A DNA stretch of 34,792 nucleotides from a virus, in the IMG/VR virus record IMGVR_UViG_3300045988_168524, positions 1-34,792 of that record. One strand, 5' to 3'. Numbering within the stretch: the stretch's first letter is position 1; each line of letters starts with the position of its first letter. The translations under genes and the position numbers were made by a program. The notes beneath the pieces were generated by a model. That model ran no database searches. It was not told where the DNA came from and worked only from the letters and a program-made list of their open reading frames with translations. Below are positions 25,157 to 32,621 of this stretch, piece after piece.

Positions 25157-25651
25157 ATGAAGAACGCGACAGGGGCACATCACCTAGCCGAGCAAGTTGT
25201 AAAAGCACGTTTACGCAAGGGATACAGCACTCAAGAATCCCTAGCGAAGAAAGTTAAAGTATGCTCCAGGCTAATCGGAGACTTAGAAAACGGGAGACGA
25301 GAATCTTACGCAAAACGCACGCTCCAACGTCTCGATAACGCTCTATCTTGGGAAAACGGTACAGCTCAGTCAATCCTATCCGGCGAGATAACCCAGCCAA
25401 ACATCAGCACTGACTACTCCATCACGCAAGATATTGGAGGAAACCAGGTGCTAATAGGATATCTGAGCCAAATCTCGCAGCTATCCGAGGAAGCTCAGTG
25501 GGAGGTACGTATTCCCGTACCAGCAGAGGAAATCAACGATCTTAGCGACTGGGGAAAAGCCCAAATTGTTAATTCCGCAGCATTAGCCGTCCATAACTGC
25601 CTTACCCAGCGGAAAACCTCGCATATACCCTCTGATACCCCACTCCCCTAA
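25157..25651 (+). CDS. cI-like HTH_XRE repressor (164 aa), probably leaderless
   Basis: N-terminal HTH AEQVVKARLRKGYSTQESLAKKVKVCSRLIGDLENGRR. Divergent from the Cro-like gene and on the same strand as the integrase-side cargo gene. No SD upstream. Confidence 0.6.
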   Translation: MKNATGAHHLAEQVVKARLRKGYSTQESLAKKVKVCSRLIGDLENGRRESYAKRTLQRLDNALSWENGTAQSILSGEITQPNISTDYSITQDIGGNQVLIGYLSQISQLSEEAQWEVRIPVPAEEINDLSDWGKAQIVNSAALAVHNCLTQRKTSHIPSDTPLP

Positions 25652-25696
25652 TAACCCCACCGCAAAAAGAAAACCAATTATTTAGGAGAAATAATA

Positions 25697-26758
25697 ATGA
25701 CAGACATTGAAGACCGCGTCAGCAACCTCTCAGACAAGCTTGCCAAAACACGCGACTATATAAACAGCGAGGAAGCCACCAAAACCGCGTTAATCATGCC
25801 GTTTATAAGCGACGTCCTCGGATACGACACCACGAACCCCGCCGAGGTAATCCCCGAATACCATTCCTCCTACTCATACAAGAAAAACGAAAAAGTTGAT
25901 TACGCCATCAAACGCGGTGAGCAAATAAGAATCCTGATTGAAGCTAAACCCTACGGGGTAGCGATTTCACGGGATAACGCCGCGCAGCTCGCCTTCTACT
26001 TTCAAGCTGTGCAAGCCAAAATCGGAATCCTAACTAACGGGCAAATCTATCAATTCTACACAGACCTAGATTCCCTCCACGTCATGGATAAATCCCCGTT
26101 CATGACCCTCGACTTAGACAACGTAGATGAAAAGCTACTCCCAGAAATCGACAAGCTGACTAAGAGTCGTTTTGAGATTGATTCCGTGCTTTCAGCTGCC
26201 GAAAACCTAAAACAAGTGACCGCGGTTAGGAAGTATTTGGGGGTTATTTTTGAAAACCCGGATAAGGACTTTTTACATCTGATGGCGGGAGTTATTAAGC
26301 CTGGCGCGGTCAAAACTGCGAAGCTGCTGGAAGCTATTGAGCCATCAGTGCGTACCGGTATGGCACGGTTTATAGGCGATAAAGTAGCAGCCAAGCTAAA
26401 AACCGCTATGGAAGTTAATAGCACAGAGACAGATATTAGTGAAGCACCAGCGGTGACGGTGAAAGAATCGAAAATTGAGACCACTGACGACGAACTTCAA
26501 GGTTTCTTCATCGTGCAAGCTATTAGCGCAGAAGTCACCGACCCTGCCCGGGTGCATATACGTGACCAGCAGTCTTATTGCGGAATCTTGCTAGACGATA
26601 ATAACCGTAAACCCCTAGTACGCCTGTTCTTTAATGGAAAGCAGAAGCGTGTGATGTTTTTCGACCAAGACGATAACGGAAAAATAGATATTGACACCCC
26701 AACTGATTTGTACCAGTACGCGCAGCGTATCAAGGATACGATACATAAATACAGTTAG
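25697..26758 (+). CDS. HsdR_N-type PD-(D/E)xK nuclease-domain protein (353 aa) co-transcribed with the repressor. Candidate prophage-encoded defence/exclusion factor.
   Basis: Residues 1-130 match the type I restriction R-subunit N-terminal nuclease fold: EEATKTALIMPFISDVLGY…VDYAIKRGEQIRILIEAKPYG…AAQLAFYFQAVQAKIGILTNGQIYQFY. The C-terminal ~220 aa show no recognisable motif. GC content is visibly lower than the flanks. Strong SD TAGGAGAAATAATAATG. Confidence 0.7.
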   Translation: MTDIEDRVSNLSDKLAKTRDYINSEEATKTALIMPFISDVLGYDTTNPAEVIPEYHSSYSYKKNEKVDYAIKRGEQIRILIEAKPYGVAISRDNAAQLAFYFQAVQAKIGILTNGQIYQFYTDLDSLHVMDKSPFMTLDLDNVDEKLLPEIDKLTKSRFEIDSVLSAAENLKQVTAVRKYLGVIFENPDKDFLHLMAGVIKPGAVKTAKLLEAIEPSVRTGMARFIGDKVAAKLKTAMEVNSTETDISEAPAVTVKESKIETTDDELQGFFIVQAISAEVTDPARVHIRDQQSYCGILLDDNNRKPLVRLFFNGKQKRVMFFDQDDNGKIDIDTPTDLYQYAQRIKDTIHKYS

Positions 26759-26804
26759 TACCCAGCAGTGGGGATAGAGGTTTGCCTACGCCCCGAATCG
26801 CTCC

Positions 26805-27914
26805 CTACCCCTCATGCATCCGGTTTACTACCTCGACTAGCCGCTCCCTAGTGGCGCGCTGGTAAATCTGGGACATAGACCAGGTGGAATGCCCTAGAAT
26901 CGCCTGAATCTCTGCCTCAGTAGCACCGGCGCGTGCAAGCATAGTTGCGCAGGTAGCGCGGAGTTGGTGGAAGTTGAAGCCCGGCAACCCCGCTTTAACC
27001 ACGGCGGGGTTATAGCTGAAATGAAGCGTCTTATTAGACAGGAACGTCCCCGCCCCCGAATACACAATTAATGCGTCTTGGCTCTTGCCTACGTATCGGG
27101 CTAGGTGGTCTTTCAGCTTACCCGCGAGCGGGTCTGAGATAGGCACATCACGCCGCCCCAAAGCAGACTTCGGGACGCCCTCCACCAGTCCACCATTCTC
27201 GCCGCGCTTAACCGTCCCCCTCACTAATACCCGCCGGTTTTTTAGGTCGATATGGCGGCGGTGTAGCGCCGCTATTTCCCCGTAGCGTAGCCCTGCCCAT
27301 GCTGCCAAATAAATCGTGATAGCGAGCCTCCCCGGCATTGCGCCCGCGATTTCCTCCACCTGCTCATCGGTTGCTACCCGCTCTCGGTTTTCGTCTCTGA
27401 CCCGTTTTTTCGCTGCCGCGCCTTTCACCCGCACTGGGTTAGTGTCGATTAGCTCGCTTTCTACTGCTGCCCCCATAAGCGCCGAGAATGTGGTGTAGGC
27501 GTTTTTCCTAGCGCCGGGTTTGTCTGGCGCGGTGGCGTAGTACCAGTCGATTACCTCAGCGCGGCTAATAGAATTGACCGCGCGGGTCTCAAATGCGGGG
27601 TAAATGTAGCGTTTTAGGTGGCTCTTGTATGAGCGTAGCGAGTTAGGGGAAGCCCCCGATTCTTTGAGCCGTTTTTGCCATTCTTCGCCCCATTCTTTCA
27701 CCGTAGGAACGCGGCGGGGATTAGGGGCATTTGGGGTTTCTCCCGCGTCTATTAGTATCGCGGTTTTCGCTAGGTAAGCGGTAGCGTCTTTTTTCGCCCT
27801 AAAAGTCTTAGTGCGTCGCTTACCCGTCGCCGGGTCTACATATGAGGCTTGATAAGAATTGCCGTTCTCCCGCTTGCGCGTCCTGATATAGCCGAATACT
27901 CTTGTGCGTCCCAT
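26805..27914 (-). CDS. int: Tyrosine integrase
   Basis: 369 aa. The C-terminal catalytic region carries …HQLRATCATMLARAGATEAEIQAILGHSTWSMSQIYQRA… (H-x-x-R … Y). GGAGGT SD. Confidence 0.9.
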   Translation of the reverse strand: MGRTRVFGYIRTRKRENGNSYQASYVDPATGKRRTKTFRAKKDATAYLAKTAILIDAGETPNAPNPRRVPTVKEWGEEWQKRLKESGASPNSLRSYKSHLKRYIYPAFETRAVNSISRAEVIDWYYATAPDKPGARKNAYTTFSALMGAAVESELIDTNPVRVKGAAAKKRVRDENRERVATDEQVEEIAGAMPGRLAITIYLAAWAGLRYGEIAALHRRHIDLKNRRVLVRGTVKRGENGGLVEGVPKSALGRRDVPISDPLAGKLKDHLARYVGKSQDALIVYSGAGTFLSNKTLHFSYNPAVVKAGLPGFNFHQLRATCATMLARAGATEAEIQAILGHSTWSMSQIYQRATRERLVEVVNRMHEG

Positions 27915-28062
27915 GCGTGTACCTCCAAAATGTACTATCTAAATGTACCATTAGACGCCCGCGGTTTGTCTTTCAGCGTCTCTTATTGTCTTGTACTGTC
28001 ACGGAATGGCGTAAAGGGGAAATATATTGCCACCAGGTAAAACGCCCCGAAAATAAGTAAAA

Positions 28063-28093
28063 GCCCTCACCAGAAATAAGTTCCGGTGAGGGC
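28063..28093. other. 9-bp GC hairpin (GCCCTCACC…GGTGAGGGC) in the int-upstream non-coding region (attP candidate area)
   Basis: Inverted repeat read directly from the sequence. Not followed by a T-run. Confidence 0.4.
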
Positions 28094-28194
28094 TATTGCG
28101 GAGAGTAAGGGAATAAACTCCATACCCACTATTACCTGCATAAACGTTAGGTAAGTAGAGGGATTGTACTATTAGGGTACTATATAAAGAAATA

Positions 28195-28234
28195 GCCCCG
28201 CCGGTTTTCAAAGACCAGCGGGGCGTTATTTTTA
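28195..28234. terminator. Terminator-like hairpin with flanking T/A runs, possibly bidirectional, insulating int from the moron
   Basis: GCCCCGCCGG-ttttcaaaga-CCAGCGGGGC (10-bp stem, one mismatch), then GTTATTTTTA on the plus strand. The reverse complement is followed by TATTTCTTTAT. Confidence 0.45.
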
Positions 28235-28466
28235 GTATGTATCCGCGCCCCTATTTTGCGGGGCAGTCAGTGATTGCAAGCCATATCAACCAAGGTCACC
28301 GGCTCATTGGCGGCGGTATTATTTTAGCAATTCTTTATTGTGATGTAGTTCATAAGAAAAAGAGTATCTAGGACTAGATATATCCAGGGGTAGATGATAT
28401 AGTTATATATGTAAGCGAAAGAGAGGGAAACAAAAAAACTTCCCCAAGAAAAAAAGGAAAACCAAA

Positions 28467-28949
28467 ATGTTTATCAGCCTAGACGAAAAGTTCACAGATG
28501 AAACTGGGAATACTTACGAAGTGGAAAACCCCGTTGATGCCCACTACATCACCTATCTATACGACGAGGACGGCGAAAACACTGTAGCCCGTAGCGATGA
28601 GAGCGAGGACTTCCCCAAGTTCTACGCCCGCGGCTGGAGCAAGCAGGAATGCCACGACTCTCTAAAAGCCGATTGGGTAATCCAGAAAGACCGGCAGGAA
28701 CATATCGAAGATTTAGAAGCGCACCTAGAGCCGGGGCAAGATTCCTGGCTATGCCTAGAAGCCTGGGACACTCTACCCACCGAGCAAGCGTTCGCAGATT
28801 GGGTTGATACCGATTTCGCGCCCACATGGGAAGATACGGGCGACGATTCCGACTTTGAGGACGAAGATAGGCAACGGCTGATCGATTCATGCGAGCGCCT
28901 ATATAAAGTTATGGCAGCTGATTCTAGCCTAGTCCAGGCGGTGCGATAA
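28467..28949 (+). CDS. Highly acidic hypothetical protein (160 aa), first gene of a plus-strand moron
   Basis: Sits behind an AT-rich promoter-like region (28300-28466) with an AAAGGAAA SD. Rich in Asp/Glu clusters (DEDGEN…DESEDF…DDSDFEDEDRQ). Confidence 0.7.
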   Translation: MFISLDEKFTDETGNTYEVENPVDAHYITYLYDEDGENTVARSDESEDFPKFYARGWSKQECHDSLKADWVIQKDRQEHIEDLEAHLEPGQDSWLCLEAWDTLPTEQAFADWVDTDFAPTWEDTGDDSDFEDEDRQRLIDSCERLYKVMAADSSLVQAVR

Positions 28950-29380
28950 TGAGCCAAAAACATGAGTTCGATGCCTGGCTTGACGACGCTAAAGACGACC
29001 TCACTAAGGACGTGTACGAGGAGCTTTATAAAATCTGGTGCGAGGCAGAGCAGCTTTTCGAGCTAGCCCCCGCCACTGAGGACGTGCCGCGCGAAATCGA
29101 CTATAAAGCCATCACCGATTACCTAACAGGGGCGGTAGATTTCGCGCTCGAAATCTCCAAAACCACAGGCGAACCCCCTAAAGCTCACGCTGCCGGGATA
29201 TTACAAAAAGTCGGCGAGGATTGGGCAGAAGCGCGTGGGCAATACGAAAAAGCCAGATTGCAGCTGTACGGGGCAATCAAAACGGCGGAGCTGTTCACAA
29301 ACCGCAACCAGATAATTACAAACACGGGCGTAGCGCGGGAAACGGTGTATAAAGTTCTAGATGCCGAGAGACTCTCCTAG
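28949..29380 (+). CDS. Acidic protein with a C-terminal resolvase-type HTH (143 aa), second moron gene
   Basis: TAATG overlap with the upstream gene. The C-terminus RNQIITNTGVARETVYKVLD is a Hin/σ70-region-4-like HTH. The stop overlaps a convergent minus-strand stop (CTAG). Confidence 0.65.
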   Translation: MSQKHEFDAWLDDAKDDLTKDVYEELYKIWCEAEQLFELAPATEDVPREIDYKAITDYLTGAVDFALEISKTTGEPPKAHAAGILQKVGEDWAEARGQYEKARLQLYGAIKTAELFTNRNQIITNTGVARETVYKVLDAERLS

Positions 29381-29802
29381 TCCTCTTTGCGTGGGGGTTG
29401 TGTGCGTTTGTGTAGTGCTTCCCAGATTTCGCGGTGGTCGCGGTCTGCGTTTTGCTCCGCGACCTGCATTCTCTCAGTAGTGTTTTCCAGCGATTCGCGG
29501 AGTTGCTGAATATCCCGGCGGATAAATGTTGCGCGCTCTCTTGATTCCGCTGTCTGAGCTGCCTGAACACGCTTCAAATCTTCGAGTTCTCCTAGGATTT
29601 GCCCGATACCGGTGCGGGTATCGTTCTGCCCTAGTAGAATGATCCGCTTATTCGAGTCGATATCGTCCCTGAGGTTCGTTTTGTGGGTGTTGGTGACTTG
29701 CTGGCGGGTTTCCTCGGTCGCTTTTTTAATCCGCGCTAGCAGGTACGACAAGACCCCTACAAGCAGGGCGATGATTGAGCCGAGGACTTCCGGGGCGGTC
29801 AT
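29377..29802 (-). CDS. TM plus coiled-coil protein downstream of the holin (lysis-associated, function unknown)
   Basis: N-terminal TM helix VLGSIIALLVGVLSYLLA followed by a charged coiled coil. The ORF track starts at a TTG at 29814; the ATG at 29802 is the alternative. SD spacing is poor for both, so the start is uncertain. Confidence 0.5.
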   Translation of the reverse strand: MTAPEVLGSIIALLVGVLSYLLARIKKATEETRQQVTNTHKTNLRDDIDSNKRIILLGQNDTRTGIGQILGELEDLKRVQAAQTAESRERATFIRRDIQQLRESLENTTERMQVAEQNADRDHREIWEALHKRTQPPRKED

Positions 29803-29900
29803 TATAGAACGCAAAATAATTATTTTCCCCTCCCGTATGTGAGGAAAGCGCCCCGCCCCCTAGTAGAAAAAAGGGACGGGGCAAGCCTTAAACTTTTCCC

Positions 29901-30173
29901 CTATTTTTCGGGGTCTACGCGATGAGTAGGAGCGTAAGAATCCCGGCTATCATCGCCAATAATTCTTTTAGGGGTATGCGCCAGTGCCGCGCCCTGACCA
30001 AGCAAAGCAGCTGCGAGCGCGACCCAGAGAGGGGCTAACGTGTCGGTTATGACCCCGTAGCCGCCTAAAATCGCAATAATCGCAATCACCACCGAGTAAG
30101 CCCATGCCCGCACGGTTGGGGTTAACCATTCCGCCAGGCGCGGGGTATCCGTGTATTCAACGTGTTTTGCCAT
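29901..30173 (-). CDS. Holin (two TM segments)
   Basis: 90 aa with two hydrophobic helices (AYSVVIAIIAILGGYGVI / LWVALAAALLGQGAALA) and a charged C-tail. It lies directly downstream of the endolysin. GGAGGA SD. Confidence 0.65.
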   Translation of the reverse strand: MAKHVEYTDTPRLAEWLTPTVRAWAYSVVIAIIAILGGYGVITDTLAPLWVALAAALLGQGAALAHTPKRIIGDDSRDSYAPTHRVDPEK

Positions 30174-30190
30174 GATTTTCCTCCAAAAAT

Positions 30191-30985
30191 TTAGATTAGT
30201 TTCCCGTTATTGAGGGCGCGTTGCCAGGCTTTCACGGAATCATGCCCGAAATATCCATCTTGAGTCACCCCTAGGCGGCGCTGCATAGCCTTAGATGTAG
30301 CCGCGCCCCAATGCCCGTCCTGGCTGACCCCTACGGCGGCTTGAATCTTACGGACGAGGGTCGAGCCTCCCCGCCCGTACCGCATAACCACAACCGCCCA
30401 ATGAGCTTTTTTATTGCCGCGCCACTGCCCGGAAATATAGCCATCTTGCGGGGTGCGTGCGAGTTGCTGAGCGCGGCGGATAGTGGCTTTCCCTGCCCAG
30501 CCGTCCACGCTAAGCCCGCCTGTCACTGGCTTAGAGCCGACGCTGCTGCTATATGCGGGGCGACCATACCCGACTATATAGCGGGGGGCACGGGCGCGAC
30601 GCAGAACTCTACCACCAGAACGCCCGCCACTAGCCCCGGTGTTGCCGTCGATAGTGACAACTTTCCCACGATTCCAGCCCTCAAAAATCCCTACATGCGA
30701 AATCCTGCCAAGACCGAAATCAAAATACACGATATCGCCAGGGGCAAGACCGCGCGTCCCAGAATGCCACCGCCCCCGCTGTTTAAACCAGTTTGCCCCG
30801 GTAGGTGTGTAAGCATGCCTAGGGATAATCGAGGTTGCCCCAGCTTGCGCCGCAACCCACGAGACGAACATTGCGCACCAATATCCCCGCATTCCGTACC
30901 AGTCACAAAACTTGCCGCTGGTCGAGGTGGCGGTGTAGCCGAGCTGGGAGCGTGCGATTATTAAAACATCGTTTGCGGTAGCCAT
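30191..30985 (-). CDS. Endolysin: N-terminal CHAP/NlpC-P60-type peptidase plus C-terminal peptidoglycan-binding repeats
   Basis: Cys/His catalytic region (…YWCAMFVSWVAAQAG…ISHVGIFEGW). Two to three PG_binding_1-like repeats (…IRRAQQLARTPQDGYISGQ…, …KIQAAVGVSQDGHWGAATSKAMQRRLGVTQDGYFGHDSVKAWQ). GAGGAGGG SD. Confidence 0.85.
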   Translation of the reverse strand: MATANDVLIIARSQLGYTATSTSGKFCDWYGMRGYWCAMFVSWVAAQAGATSIIPRHAYTPTGANWFKQRGRWHSGTRGLAPGDIVYFDFGLGRISHVGIFEGWNRGKVVTIDGNTGASGGRSGGRVLRRARAPRYIVGYGRPAYSSSVGSKPVTGGLSVDGWAGKATIRRAQQLARTPQDGYISGQWRGNKKAHWAVVVMRYGRGGSTLVRKIQAAVGVSQDGHWGAATSKAMQRRLGVTQDGYFGHDSVKAWQRALNNGKLI

Positions 30986-31128
30986 TATTCGCCCTCCTCT
31001 TGGTCTAGGTTCGGGACACTGTCGGGGGTTTGGGGCAGTTCAGCCGCGTTTTCTTCGTCGTCTTCTGGTAGCGGGGATTCTTCCAAGAGTTCCGGGGTCT
31101 CCTCGCAGGGGTCTAGATTGTCTGGCAT
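30985..31128 (-). CDS. Small acidic protein (47 aa) translationally coupled to the endolysin, not in the ORF track
   Basis: ATG at 31128 with a GAGGAGG SD. Translation MPDNLDPCEETPELLEESPLPEDDEENAAELPQTPDSVPNLDQEEGE. Its stop overlaps the lysin start as TAATG. Confidence 0.45.
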   Translation of the reverse strand: MPDNLDPCEETPELLEESPLPEDDEENAAELPQTPDSVPNLDQEEGE

Positions 31129-31162
31129 CGATTTTTCCTCCTCAATTTTTTAGTTTTTGGGT

Positions 31163-31194
31163 ATGAAAAAAGCCCCGCAAAGTTACGGGGCTTT
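31163..31194 (-). terminator. Rho-independent terminator between the tail-fibre module and the lysis cassette
   Basis: Minus-strand RNA forms AAAGCCCCG-uaacuuug-CGGGGCUUU (9-bp stem), followed by UUUCAU in a U-rich context. Confidence 0.55.
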
Positions 31195-31210
31195 AGGAAA
31201 TAATGGGGGG

Positions 31211-31489
31211 CTAGTTTTCGGCAAAATAATAAAAGCCGTTCATCGGGATCCAGTCGTTTTTTGCATTATCCGACCCGTACAGCAGGGACAGGACACCCCC
31301 GGGAGTTAGCTTTATCAAGCAATTGCCGTTAGGGGAAGCCGACTGAAACCATTGATTTCCGGACGGTCTCCACCCCTCAGGTAAAGGGTTAGTAAAAATA
31401 GTTTGATTCACTGTCGAGCCGCATACTAGCATTCCGGTGAAAAATACGAGCCGCCCTATTTTTCGGATTCGCAGTTTTTCATCAGTCAC
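31211..31489 (-). CDS. Small putative secreted/lipoprotein-like protein (92 aa)
   Basis: GTG start. The N-terminus KLRIRKIGRLVFFTGMLVCGST is signal-peptide-like, with a Cys after the hydrophobic core. The shorter ATG at 31432 is the alternative. Confidence 0.45.
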   Translation of the reverse strand: MTDEKLRIRKIGRLVFFTGMLVCGSTVNQTIFTNPLPEGWRPSGNQWFQSASPNGNCLIKLTPGGVLSLLYGSDNAKNDWIPMNGFYYFAEN

Positions 31490-31588
31490 AGGATTCTTCC
31501 AACTACTCGTAAACGTTGGGAGTGGGAGTTCTTCTATCGGTAGTTCACCGTGAATAATCGGGGGGGGAATAACATAGCTTGTGCCTTT

Positions 31589-31942
31589 CTAGTTGAGTCG
31601 GTTCGGGTCAGTAGAGGTAGAGATAAGCCGCCAGCCGATAAGCGAAAGCCGGTTTACATCGTCAGACCAGGTTTGAATCACCCGGCATGTGATAAGTTTT
31701 TCGGCGCGTTTTAGCTCTGAGGTACACACAAAAGTAGTGGACGCGGATTCCAGCGTAAATGTCTCGAAAGTGTATCCGGCGGGCGGTAAATACGGGGCAG
31801 GGATATCGAATGCGGCATAAAACCAGGGTTTTGTGCCTGAAAATGTCCACCCGCCCGGGTTTTTAATCGACCCAGAGGTCGGGTATTTCTTGCCGTCAAT
31901 CATAATAAAACCCGTGTTTACATGTGCTAAAGGCTTAGACAT
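31589..31942 (-). CDS. Hypothetical tail-module protein (117 aa)
   Basis: ATG with a GGGAGGA SD, downstream of the fibre paralogs. Confidence 0.6.
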   Translation of the reverse strand: MSKPLAHVNTGFIMIDGKKYPTSGSIKNPGGWTFSGTKPWFYAAFDIPAPYLPPAGYTFETFTLESASTTFVCTSELKRAEKLITCRVIQTWSDDVNRLSLIGWRLISTSTDPNRLN

Positions 31943-31964
31943 GATTCCTCCCTAAAATAGTGTG

Positions 31965-32615
31965 TTATTGCGTGATGCGTGTCCAGATAGCCACACCCAT
32001 AATCGAGGTGCGCACATAGTTAGCCGTTCGGTTCAAGTAATTCTGTAACTCAATTTTCAGAGCCGTCACCCCGGCTAGGTTGATTTGCGCCACGATAGGC
32101 ATCGCGTAAGTGTATGACAAGTTATTATCTGCGTTGTCCTCATAAGAAAAACCCATTCCAGCCTCGCCATACGGTGCGCCATTGACCAGAACCCGGCACG
32201 CTCCCGTCCCGGAGTCATAGTCTGATTGATTAATCCAGGCTGACCCCGTAATAATCAGCAGCGCCTTGTCAGACCACGCCGGGACGGGGACAGAGACCGA
32301 ACGGATAGTTTTCCAAGTTTTAGACACTTTCGTGGAATCCTTGGAGGTCGGCGCGCTAATAGGGGTCGCTTCTATCTGCTCTTTTAGAGCTGCACCCTCG
32401 ATAATCCCCTTACCGAGTTTAAGATTACCGCCCGAAATGTTAAGAGTGCCGCCATCGCCGATAATAATATTGCCGCCGTGCCTGACCCGGAAGTTTCCCT
32501 GGGAGATAGAGGCGGCTTCTAGGGTGCGTGTCCCGGTCGTATCAATTGCGGATTGTATTTCGCGGAATCGGCGTTGCGCAGCGTCTATTCCTGATGGTAG
32601 CGGAATGTTAGCCAA
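31965..32615 (-). CDS. Tail fibre / receptor-binding protein, paralog B (TTG start)
   Basis: 216 aa. Residues 30-80 parallel paralog A (…ASISQGNFRVRHGGNIIIGDGGTLNISGGNLKLGKG… against …ATISKGGVTVRGKGVLEVLDGGSLEIVTGNLKLLAG…). The C-terminal half is divergent. The start context GGGGTAAAAACTATTG is shared with paralog A. Confidence 0.6.
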   Translation of the reverse strand: MANIPLPSGIDAAQRRFREIQSAIDTTGTRTLEAASISQGNFRVRHGGNIIIGDGGTLNISGGNLKLGKGIIEGAALKEQIEATPISAPTSKDSTKVSKTWKTIRSVSVPVPAWSDKALLIITGSAWINQSDYDSGTGACRVLVNGAPYGEAGMGFSYEDNADNNLSYTYAMPIVAQINLAGVTALKIELQNYLNRTANYVRTSIMGVAIWTRITQ

Positions 32616-32621
32616 TAGTTT

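Noticed and set aside
27936-28466. Search for a tRNA gene or tRNA 3'-end (GGTTCGAATCC-type T-loop) as the attP core
   Set aside because: No T-loop/acceptor-like sequence was found by eye. It cannot be excluded without a covariance-model search.
29815-29900. GC hairpin GCCCCGCCCC…GGGACGGGGC downstream of the holin stop, considered as a terminator
   Set aside because: The T-run lies in the loop and not after the stem on either strand. It may be structural or regulatory but is not a canonical intrinsic terminator.
30311-30964. 217-aa plus-strand ORF antisense to the endolysin
   Set aside because: It is an antisense artefact. The minus-strand CHAP/PG-binding lysin is unambiguous.
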